Shown one piece after another: positions 28,437-36,340 of a DNA stretch of 64,000 nucleotides. Numbering within the stretch: the stretch's first letter is position 1; each line of letters starts with the position of its first letter. Below the pieces are notes generated by a model, which had not been told where the DNA came from, ran no database searches, and worked only from the letters and a program-made list of their open reading frames with translations. The stretch is from Kiritimatiellota bacterium (GTDB lineage: Bacteria; Verrucomicrobiota; Kiritimatiellia; RFP12; UBA1067), in assembly GCA_009778475.1 (NCBI GenBank), contig WRJS01000002.1, positions 3,836 to 67,835 of the forward strand. Reading direction: 5' to 3'. The translations under genes and the position numbers were made by a program.

Positions 28437-30428
28437 TCACTCCTTCTCCTTCAACTTTTTTAGCCGCTCCGTTGCCGTCTTGCGGACAACATCGCTTCTG
28501 TCTTGCGCCGCAATCTGCGCAAGCAGCGCGAGGTCATCTATATTCTCCAGTGCCGCCCCGCGCACGTATTGGTCATCCCTTGTGTTCCTCACGATTCCCG
28601 CAAGGACCGCCTGATCCGTGATCTTGGACACGGCCTCGCGGCGACCGATCATTGCCCTCGCCTCATCCTTCGCAATTTCCGCAAGGAGTGTCTGGTTGGT
28701 AAGCTCCCGCACGGCCGTGGAAGCCAACCTCGGTTCTTTGTCATTTTTTGCAAGTTCCGCGAGAAGCGCCTGATCCGTGAGTTTGCGTATTGCCATTAGG
28801 CGCACATGAATATCATACGCGTCACGTTGCGCGATTTCCGCAAGGACCGCCTGATCCGTAATCTTGCCCATGACGATGTTGCACACACTCGGCTCCTTTT
28901 CACCCTTCACGACTTCCGCAAGGGCCGCCTGATCGGTGAGTTTCGTGATTATCATACCGCGCACCTGCCCGTCCTTTTCATCTTTCGCGATTCCCGCAAG
29001 GACGGCCTGATCCGTGATTTTACTTATTGCCGTGCCGCGCACCTGCTTGTTCGTTTGCTTCTTCATGACTTCCGCAAGGGCGGCTTGATCCGTGAGTTTC
29101 CGCACGGCAATGTGACGCACCAGATCGTCCTTGTCACTTTTCGCGATACGCGCGAGGGCGGTCTGATTGTTGAGCCTGCTTGTCGCCTCCGCGCGCGCGT
29201 CTCGGTCTGTGCTTTCCTTCGCGGTTTTCAAAAGTTGTTCTTGGTCGGCGGCTTTTTCAGGGGCCGCGGGAGCAACACCCGCGCCCTCCTCCTCGGTTTG
29301 CACAGGAAGTGCGACACCCTTCTTCAATTGCTCCAGCCGTGACGCCGCCCGTAGGCGCATTTCTCTGCTTTTGTCATCCTTGGCTAATTGCGCGAGAAGA
29401 GCCTGATCTTCTAATCTCACGACAGCCTCCCAACGTATCGACCATTCTTTTTCTTTTGTCATGATTTCCGCAAGGGCGGCTTGGTCGGTGAGTTTCCGCA
29501 CGGCCGCCGAGCGTACCTGCGAGTCCTTGTCTGTCTTTGCAATCTCGGCAAGAAGCACTTGGTCTTTCAACAGTTTCACAGCCTCCCGGCGAACACTTGA
29601 ATGTTCGTCGTTTTTCGCAATCCGCGCAAGGAGAGCCTGATCCGTGAGCCTTGCCGTAGCCTCCCAGCGCATCCAAGGGTTCTTGTCCTCCGTTGCCATC
29701 TGCGTGAGGAACGCTTGGTCATCGAGTTTGGATGCCGCCTCTATGCGCACAAACACGTCCCGGTCAGTCATGAAGATCTCTTCAAGAACCGCCCGGCTAT
29801 CCAGTCTTGCCACAACCGCCCGGCGCACATCCCTATCTTCCTTCGTATCCTTGGCGATCTGCGCGAGAAACGCCTGATCCGTGATTCGAGGCAAAACCTC
29901 TAGGCGTACATCATTGTTTTTCCCGTCCCTCGCGATTTCCAGAAGAAGCGCCTCGTCCGTGATTTTGGATAACGCCTCAAAAGCAACGGGCAGACTCGAA
30001 TCGCTCTTCGCAATCTGCACAAGGAGCGCGGTGTCTTTGAGCCTGCGCACCGCCGACTGGCGCACGTTTGAATCCCCGTGCCGCTTCGCGATGTCCGCGA
30101 GAATCGCCTGGTCTTTAATCTGAAAGACCGCATGCACACGCGTCTCACTGACGTCACGCGCGGGTGTCTCCGCGACCTCTATGTTCCACACGATGTCCGC
30201 AAGGAGTGCTTGGTCTTTGATTTGGCTTACCGCAAATTGGCGCACTAAATAATCCTTGTCCGTTTTCGCGATTTGCGCAAGGCGTTTTTCATCCCTGATT
30301 GTGTGCAACTCCTCGAAACGCGCCTCCCAGCCCTCGTCATGCGTCGGGTACGGGTGGCTCCTCGCCATGCACTCGGAAGCCCCTGCCAGCAGAGCGAAGA
30401 GCAGCAGCAGATGTGTGAAGCGTCTCAC
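28437..30428 (-). CDS. secreted HEAT-repeat (PBS-lyase HEAT-like) protein with about 20 tandem ~31-aa repeats
   Basis: Signal peptide MRRFTHLLLLFALLAGA. Repeats of the form ...VR.AAV.KLTDQALLAEIAKNDK.... Confidence 0.7.
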   Translation of the reverse strand: MRRFTHLLLLFALLAGASECMARSHPYPTHDEGWEARFEELHTIRDEKRLAQIAKTDKDYLVRQFAVSQIKDQALLADIVWNIEVAETPARDVSETRVHAVFQIKDQAILADIAKRHGDSNVRQSAVRRLKDTALLVQIAKSDSSLPVAFEALSKITDEALLLEIARDGKNNDVRLEVLPRITDQAFLAQIAKDTKEDRDVRRAVVARLDSRAVLEEIFMTDRDVFVRIEAASKLDDQAFLTQMATEDKNPWMRWEATARLTDQALLARIAKNDEHSSVRREAVKLLKDQVLLAEIAKTDKDSQVRSAAVRKLTDQAALAEIMTKEKEWSIRWEAVVRLEDQALLAQLAKDDKSREMRLRAASRLEQLKKGVALPVQTEEEGAGVAPAAPEKAADQEQLLKTAKESTDRDARAEATSRLNNQTALARIAKSDKDDLVRHIAVRKLTDQAALAEVMKKQTNKQVRGTAISKITDQAVLAGIAKDEKDGQVRGMIITKLTDQAALAEVVKGEKEPSVCNIVMGKITDQAVLAEIAQRDAYDIHVRLMAIRKLTDQALLAELAKNDKEPRLASTAVRELTNQTLLAEIAKDEARAMIGRREAVSKITDQAVLAGIVRNTRDDQYVRGAALENIDDLALLAQIAAQDRSDVVRKTATERLKKLKEKE

Positions 30429-30446
30429 GGCACCTCCCTTGCCCCG

Positions 30447-31436
30447 CTACTTTTTCGCGGGCGGCTGGCTGCACAACTGGACGAAGGCTTCGGTGATGCG
30501 GATGATCTGCTCGCGTGTGAGGGTCAGGAAGCGGTGCGGGCCGTTCGCGTCGGGCGTGAACGCGGTGACGCCCTCATCCGTGACCGTCACGCGGTGCGGC
30601 TCGGACACGCCGAAGTAGTTGCGGTCGGGGAACACCGCGTACAGCACGCTCGTCAAGTCCCATGTCGGGCGGTCGTGCGGCGGCGGCGAGTAGCGGATGT
30701 AACCCTCCTTCACGATGTGGTGCGGGACATAGTCGTAGTCGCGCAGGATGCTCTCCGAGGGGTAGCCCATCGCCTGCCCGATCTCGTAGCCGCTGAACAC
30801 GATCGGCACGGGGCATTTCTCCACGAGTTTCTTGGCGGAGGGGATGTCCTCCACCACGTTGTACTCGCGGTGCGGCTTCTCGTCGCCCGAGACCTTCTTG
30901 AAGTACCCCGCCATCACGGACAGCATACGGACCTTCGCCTTGACTAGGTCAACGCCCTCCTGCGTGTCGAGTAGCCGTGCGAGGTTGGTGGAGAACCCGA
31001 CCTGCACGATGACCACCGAGCCGTCGGGCGACTCCGCCAGCACCTGACGCAGGACGCTCACCGCGTCCGGCACGTCCTCGCCACTCTTGACCGTGTGCGG
31101 GTAGCGCGGCTTGCCGTCGTCCATCTCCCGCACCAGCCCGAGGTACTTCCCCTCGTCCTTGGTCACGCCGTTACGCACCGCGCCCAGCGGGACGCGCTTG
31201 CCGTAGAACGTGTTCGCCGCGTCGCAGAACGGGATGGAGAGCGGGTTGTCCTTCGTGGACGTCACCGCGATCAGGCGGCAATGCCCGCGCGCCTCCAGTG
31301 TGTGAATCAGCGCAAGCGCCATGAGGTCGTCGATGTCGTTGCCCATGTCCGTGTCGAAGATAATCAGCGGCGCGTCAGCGGCGACGGCACACAGGACGGA
31401 ACACACAACAGCACACGTAATCAGTAACTTTTTCAT
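30447..31436 (-). CDS. inosine-uridine-preferring nucleoside hydrolase family protein (secreted)
   Basis: Signal peptide, then IIFDTDMGNDIDDLMALAL (the DXDXXXDD nucleoside hydrolase fingerprint). Confidence 0.75.
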   Translation of the reverse strand: MKKLLITCAVVCSVLCAVAADAPLIIFDTDMGNDIDDLMALALIHTLEARGHCRLIAVTSTKDNPLSIPFCDAANTFYGKRVPLGAVRNGVTKDEGKYLGLVREMDDGKPRYPHTVKSGEDVPDAVSVLRQVLAESPDGSVVIVQVGFSTNLARLLDTQEGVDLVKAKVRMLSVMAGYFKKVSGDEKPHREYNVVEDIPSAKKLVEKCPVPIVFSGYEIGQAMGYPSESILRDYDYVPHHIVKEGYIRYSPPPHDRPTWDLTSVLYAVFPDRNYFGVSEPHRVTVTDEGVTAFTPDANGPHRFLTLTREQIIRITEAFVQLCSQPPAKK

Positions 31437-31463
31437 TTCTCGTTTTCTCCTTTACACACGTTA

Positions 31464-32492
31464 TCACGACTTCGACGCGACGAGGCAAGCAAGCCCCGCG
31501 ACGAACAGCACGAACATCGCCGCGAGCAGCCTGTTGACCGCCGACGGCGCACCCTTGAACTCCTTCCAGATGAACACGCCCCAGACTGCGCTGACCAGCG
31601 TCGCGCCCTGCCCCAGCGCGTATGACAACGCCGCCCCTGCCGCGCTCGCCGCAATCAGGCTGAACGCCATCCCGATGTTCCAGATCGTCCCCCCGAGGAT
31701 GCCGACCGCGTGCAACCGCGCACTCCCCTTGGTAACGTAATTCGACAACGGCACCGGCTCGCCGCGCACAGGCTTGAGCGAGACGATCGTGTTCCACAAA
31801 AAGTTGGAGATGAACAGCCCCGCCGCGAACACCACAAGTGCCGTGTAAGGCGTCATCTTCCCCGCTTCGGGTACGGCGAAGTTCTCCACCATCCCTTTGG
31901 TCACGAGACCGAAAAACCCGCCGCCCATCAGCACGCCCGCGATGACCGAAATCACGATGCCCAGCGCAGAACCGCCGCCCTTGCCCGCGCCGCCCTTCGC
32001 CGCGACGAACTTCTTGAAGGCGACCGCGTTCATCACAATCGCGCACACGATGAGCGCAACGCCCGCGTACAGCAATGTGCTATTGCCCACCTCGCCGGGA
32101 CGGAACATCGCCGTCTGCAACGTGCCAAGCACCAGCGCAAGCCCGACCCCCACGGGGAACGCCACCGCCAGCCCCGCGATGTCAATCGCGATCACCAGCA
32201 GGATGTTCGCGAGGTTGAACAGCACCCCGCCCAAGAACGCCAGCCCCAACGCCTTGCCCCCCGCCTGCGCGATGTCCGCGAGGAACCCGCGCCCGCCCTC
32301 GCCGAAACTGCCGAGCGTGAACGCAATCACCAGCGAACTCAGCAAGATGCCCAGCCCGTAATCCCAGTAGAACAACTGATACTTCCACCTGTCGCCGGAA
32401 ACCAGCTTCTGCGTGTTCCCCCACGACCCCCAGCACATCATCGTCACCACGCAGAACGCCACCGCCAACGCATAATTCTCAACAATGAACAT
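31464..32492 (-). CDS. DMT-superfamily sugar:H+ symporter-like membrane protein (RhaT/GRP-like)
   Basis: About 10 predicted TM segments and a Gly-rich central loop. Start at internal MFIVEN preceded by GGAGG; the track N-terminal extension is Arg-rich and non-membrane. Confidence 0.45.
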   Translation of the reverse strand: MFIVENYALAVAFCVVTMMCWGSWGNTQKLVSGDRWKYQLFYWDYGLGILLSSLVIAFTLGSFGEGGRGFLADIAQAGGKALGLAFLGGVLFNLANILLVIAIDIAGLAVAFPVGVGLALVLGTLQTAMFRPGEVGNSTLLYAGVALIVCAIVMNAVAFKKFVAAKGGAGKGGGSALGIVISVIAGVLMGGGFFGLVTKGMVENFAVPEAGKMTPYTALVVFAAGLFISNFLWNTIVSLKPVRGEPVPLSNYVTKGSARLHAVGILGGTIWNIGMAFSLIAASAAGAALSYALGQGATLVSAVWGVFIWKEFKGAPSAVNRLLAAMFVLFVAGLACLVASKS

Positions 32493-32602
32493 ACGACCTC
32501 CTTTTAGTGTGAGAGATATGTTATACGGATTAGCCCGGCGTGTACAGGTTTTTCTGCGCCTTTGTCCCCTTCCGAATGCGGGCAGGAATGCCCGCACCAC
32601 CT

Positions 32603-34522
32603 TTACTCCAGCCGGATATGCTCGATCTCGATCTTCACGCCCGCCGTGGAGACGGGGTCGAGGCGCAGCTCGATGATACGGCCTTGCCAGCCGGTCGCGC
32701 CCTTCAGGGGGAAAACGTATTCGACGAAATCCGCGGACGGGCGCACGGGCAGGCGGATGGAATGCTCTTCGGAAAACTGCGGCACCTGCTCGGTTTTCCA
32801 GAATATCTGGATCATGTCGTCCGCCGTGACGCTCGTTTTCATCCGCACGATCATTCGCTCGAAGCGGGAGGCGCGGGCGTAGTCCTGCCGGACGCCGAGC
32901 GCGGGGTCGAAGGTCGTCGATTCAAAGGTCAGGCACTGGCCGACGTTCCTGAAATCCTTGACGTGCATCATGGCCCGCCAGTCCTGCGAGGGGCTGAACT
33001 CGCGCTTCCAGTTGTCGTAGTCGCTCCCCCGGAACGTCCACGAGGTGCGGTTCTCGAACATCGTCTTGGGGAGGCTGTAGGGGCCCATGCCGATGTCCTC
33101 GGGGAGGAGGTCGTCATGCGCCTCGGGGGCGTCGGAGAACACGCGCCGCACGGCGTCGAGGTAGCCGAACCCGTGCTCGCGGTAGGGCGCGATGTAATGC
33201 CCCTCGCTCCATTCGTTCCAGTTGTCGAGGATGAGCATCTTGCTGCCGAGCTCGTCCTTCGGGATGTTCGCCTCGATGAAATCCTTGCCGCGCCGCAGCA
33301 GCGTCTCCCAGTCCGCGGGCGGCAGTTTCCAGATGCTGCCCTCGTCCTTCCAGCCGCTCCACGCCTGCGAGAGCGTCACGATCTGCGGGAGGATGTCGCG
33401 CTTGTCCTGCATGGCCTTGATCTGCGCCATCTGGTTCTCGATGACGGCGGGCGGCGGCGGGCTGTGGTGGACGAACCAGCAGTAGGCGAACGTGTAGTCC
33501 AGCCCCATGGCCTTGTAGCGGCGCAGGTGGTTCGCGTCCGAGCCGCGGTACTCGCCCAAGAGGTACAGCCCGTCGAACCCGGCGGCCTTGGCCATCTCGC
33601 GCATCAGGTCGAACGCGGCCTTGGCCTTGTCGTCGCCGCCGAGGTCCCGCGCCACGTCATGCGGCTGATAGACGAAGAGCAGCGGCTTGTTGTCGACCTT
33701 CATGTAATTCTCGCGCTTGAAGAACTTCTCGATCCAGTACGGCATCAGGTTCTCCTGCAAGTCCTTCATGTCGGCGATGCCCGCGATGCCCCGCCGCTGG
33801 TTCTCCCACATGATGGTGAACTTCATCTGCTTGTCGAAGCGCGACTTGAACAGCGCGTCGTCGAAGATGCTCTGCTCGAACATCGTCGTCACCGGCCCGC
33901 CCTGACTGGTGCGGTACCAGCAGTAGATGAAAAACGAGACGCCATGCTCGACCGCCCACTTCGTCTCCCAGTCCGCGAGCTCGGGGTTGTCCTGCGAATA
34001 GATGCCCAGCGCGGGCGTGCGCTCCTGATGCTTCTTCACCACCTGATTCCAGAGCTCGGCGCGGTCGGTCTCCCAGAGCGGGCAATTGTGCGCGCCGACC
34101 AGCAGGCTCGTCTTGACGGGCTTCGGCGCGGGGATGTAATCCAGTTTCTCGATCGTGCGCGGCGGCAGCACGGCCTGCGAGATGACCACCTTCTGCACCA
34201 CCTCCCCGCCTGCGACGAGCTCCAGCGTGAACGCGACCTGCCCCGGCTCGCGGCAGACCACCTGCCACGACTCCTCCGCGCTGTCTTTCGCGAGCGACCG
34301 CTTGTTGTCCGAGACGACGCAATGCTCCGGCGCCGTCAGGCGGCACTCGAAATCACCCGGTGCCTCGATGTCGATGACCGCCGCGAGCCTGAACGGACGT
34401 TCCGCGCGGATGACCGGGCAATCGCTCTGGAAACTGTTCTCGCGGATACTGACGCCCGCCGCCGCAAACACGGCCATCCCCGCGCCCAGCAGCGCGCACA
34501 CACACACAACCAACTGCCTCAT
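32603..34522 (-). CDS. secreted putative glycoside hydrolase (TIM-barrel-like; NEWSEGH motif)
   Basis: Signal peptide MRQLVVCVCALLGAGMAVFAAAG at an internal start. LILDNWNEWSEGHYIAPY resembles the NEWHEG-type motif of GH99/GH71-like families (recollection, not verified). Confidence 0.4.
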   Translation of the reverse strand: MRQLVVCVCALLGAGMAVFAAAGVSIRENSFQSDCPVIRAERPFRLAAVIDIEAPGDFECRLTAPEHCVVSDNKRSLAKDSAEESWQVVCREPGQVAFTLELVAGGEVVQKVVISQAVLPPRTIEKLDYIPAPKPVKTSLLVGAHNCPLWETDRAELWNQVVKKHQERTPALGIYSQDNPELADWETKWAVEHGVSFFIYCWYRTSQGGPVTTMFEQSIFDDALFKSRFDKQMKFTIMWENQRRGIAGIADMKDLQENLMPYWIEKFFKRENYMKVDNKPLLFVYQPHDVARDLGGDDKAKAAFDLMREMAKAAGFDGLYLLGEYRGSDANHLRRYKAMGLDYTFAYCWFVHHSPPPPAVIENQMAQIKAMQDKRDILPQIVTLSQAWSGWKDEGSIWKLPPADWETLLRRGKDFIEANIPKDELGSKMLILDNWNEWSEGHYIAPYREHGFGYLDAVRRVFSDAPEAHDDLLPEDIGMGPYSLPKTMFENRTSWTFRGSDYDNWKREFSPSQDWRAMMHVKDFRNVGQCLTFESTTFDPALGVRQDYARASRFERMIVRMKTSVTADDMIQIFWKTEQVPQFSEEHSIRLPVRPSADFVEYVFPLKGATGWQGRIIELRLDPVSTAGVKIEIEHIRLE

Positions 34523-34872
34523 AACCCTCCCCTCTTCTTCGTTTGACAAGAAAATATATTTATACCAAAAAACATACGCCCTGTCAACACGGTCTCCGTT
34601 CTTCACCCGTGGTGCAAATTGCAATATTAAATGAACCACCCCGTGAAGGGCGTAGGGGGGGAAGACGAGAGGACGGCGGGGCGGCACTCCAACCCTTGCC
34701 TGAAGGCAAGCCCAATGGGGATGTTGCGTGGCGCGGGTGTTCCTGCCCGCCGCCGTCACGCCGCCGTCACGGGCGGGAATGCCTGTGCCATCTTTTGCTG
34801 TTTTAAGAAAAACTGGGGGAGCCGAAAAAAACGCTTGTGGGGTGCGGTCGGGTTTGATATTTTAGAAGCGGA

Positions 34873-36039
34873 ATGAAACAAGTAATTGGTACGACTTGTA
34901 GTAGAAAAGCGTGGGCGCATGAATGCGTGTTCGGCTTGGACGGGGAGGAGCCTTATCCAAGGGTTTCGGTCTCCACTGGTTTGTTTTATCCGCAGTGTTC
35001 CTGTCCGTATCGGGTTAATTTTCAAGGCAACGCGTCCGCCGACCTGGAGGGGTTTGTCGCCGCGTTGTCGGGCGGGGGGGGGCTGCCGTGGCAAAACCCG
35101 GACGCCGCCGCCGCCGCCATTGCTGACCCTTCCGTGCGGCTGGTCAGCGAGGAGTGGCTCGCTTATCTGCGCGGCGACTTTGAACGGGTGAAGCGGAGTT
35201 TCCGCGCCATTGAGGGCGGGGGCGCGCGGCTTTACGCCTGTTCCCATGCTGCGCTGGCGGCGGTCAGCACGGGGGATTGGCCGCTGCTGCGGGAGATCGA
35301 GGGCTATTGCAAAAAGCAGATGGTCCAGGGCGCGGGCGCGTTGGCGGGCGTTGTCGCGGAATGGGCGCTGACTATCGTTTACACCGGGGCGCACATTCCC
35401 TCCATGATCCCGGGATGGGTGAAGAGCGGGGATTTTGGCTTCCTCCCCCCCGCATTGAGGTGGGAGGTTTTTTACCGGTATGCCAAGTGGCTGCAACACG
35501 AGAAAAAGTATGAGGCCGCCCTTGCCGCGGCGCGGGCGGGTCTGGTGTTTTACGAGCGAAACCATGGCGTCACATGTGCGGGCACGTATCTGCGGGTCAG
35601 CGCCGCCATGGCCTGCGTGCAACTGGGGCGTCTGGCAAAGGCGCGCGAGTATCTCGCGGATGTGATGGCCGATTGTATGCCCCTGGGGTTCATCACCCCC
35701 TTTGCCGAGAACAGCCCGCACTTGGGCGGTCTGGTGGAGCAGCTTGCCGAGCAGCAGTATCCGGGCGTTCATAGCGCGATCGCGCGGCAGACCCGGCTGT
35801 CCATTCCGAACTGGATGGATTTCCACAACCGCTACTCCAAGAAACACCTCACGCCGCTCCTCACCCCGCGGGAGTACCAGATCGCGAAGGCGGTGCTGTC
35901 GGGCGCCTCGCGCAAGGAGATCGCGGAGCGGTTCCACCTGTCGCAGGGCACGGTCAAGAACGAGATGAGCAGGATTTACCAGACGTTGTTCATCTCCGGC
36001 AAAAACAGGAACGCGCAGTTGGCGAGGCACATCTTGTAG
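34873..36039 (+). CDS. LuxR-family transcriptional regulator (C-terminal HTH_LuxR/GerE domain)
   Basis: C-terminus LTPREYQIAKAVLSGASRKEIAERFHLSQGTVKNEMSRIYQTL is a canonical LuxR-type HTH. Directly upstream of, and co-directional with, tpsB. Confidence 0.7.
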   Translation: MKQVIGTTCSRKAWAHECVFGLDGEEPYPRVSVSTGLFYPQCSCPYRVNFQGNASADLEGFVAALSGGGGLPWQNPDAAAAAIADPSVRLVSEEWLAYLRGDFERVKRSFRAIEGGGARLYACSHAALAAVSTGDWPLLREIEGYCKKQMVQGAGALAGVVAEWALTIVYTGAHIPSMIPGWVKSGDFGFLPPALRWEVFYRYAKWLQHEKKYEAALAAARAGLVFYERNHGVTCAGTYLRVSAAMACVQLGRLAKAREYLADVMADCMPLGFITPFAENSPHLGGLVEQLAEQQYPGVHSAIARQTRLSIPNWMDFHNRYSKKHLTPLLTPREYQIAKAVLSGASRKEIAERFHLSQGTVKNEMSRIYQTLFISGKNRNAQLARHIL

Positions 36040-36091
36040 TGGAGGGCGTTTTGAGGCACAGGATTAATTTAACAGGATTGGCTTTTTACCA

Positions 36092-36141
36092 CAATGGACA
36101 CGATGGTTTTCACATGATAGGCACAAGAATCGTGTCCATTG
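36092..36141. promoter_or_regulatory. perfect 13-bp inverted repeat CAATGGACACGAT-N24-ATCGTGTCCATTG between the LuxR gene and tpsB
   Basis: Read directly; candidate regulator operator or terminator of the LuxR gene. Confidence 0.45.
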
Positions 36142-36166
36142 CGGTTAGAAGAAAACGGGGGATTTT

Positions 36167-36184
36167 TTGACAGGGTTGACAGGG
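36167..36184 (+). promoter_or_regulatory. tandem direct repeat TTGACAGGG TTGACAGGG (two -35-like hexamers)
   Basis: Read directly, upstream of tpsB. Confidence 0.35.
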
Positions 36185-36239
36185 TTGGTTTTACACGGCG
36201 ATGGGCGCAATGGAGGCGCGCGGCGTGTCTTGAAAAAAA

Positions 36240-36263
36240 TGACTTTTTCGAGGTGAAAAGTCA
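36240..36263 (+). promoter_or_regulatory. perfect 8-bp stem hairpin TGACTTTT-N8-AAAAGTCA flanked by A-tracts
   Basis: Read directly, about 25 nt upstream of the -10 element. Confidence 0.4.
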
Positions 36264-36287
36264 CTCAAAAAAAATGCGCTCTCCATC

Positions 36288-36293
36288 TATAAT
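36288..36293 (+). promoter_or_regulatory. consensus -10 hexamer TATAAT about 47 nt upstream of the tpsB ATG
   Basis: ctccatcTATAATaaaagg. No strong -35 at 17 bp. Confidence 0.4.
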
Positions 36294-36340
36294 AAAAGGC
36301 GTTTTTATTTTTTGACCGGTAGGGAGCATCAGGAAACACT

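Noticed and set aside
32540-34546. 668-aa + strand ORF opposite the GH-like gene, and 34756..36030 minus ORF opposite the LuxR gene
   Set aside because: Arg/Ala/Asp-rich shadows. The minus strand has a signal peptide and NEWSEGH, and the + strand has a canonical LuxR HTH.
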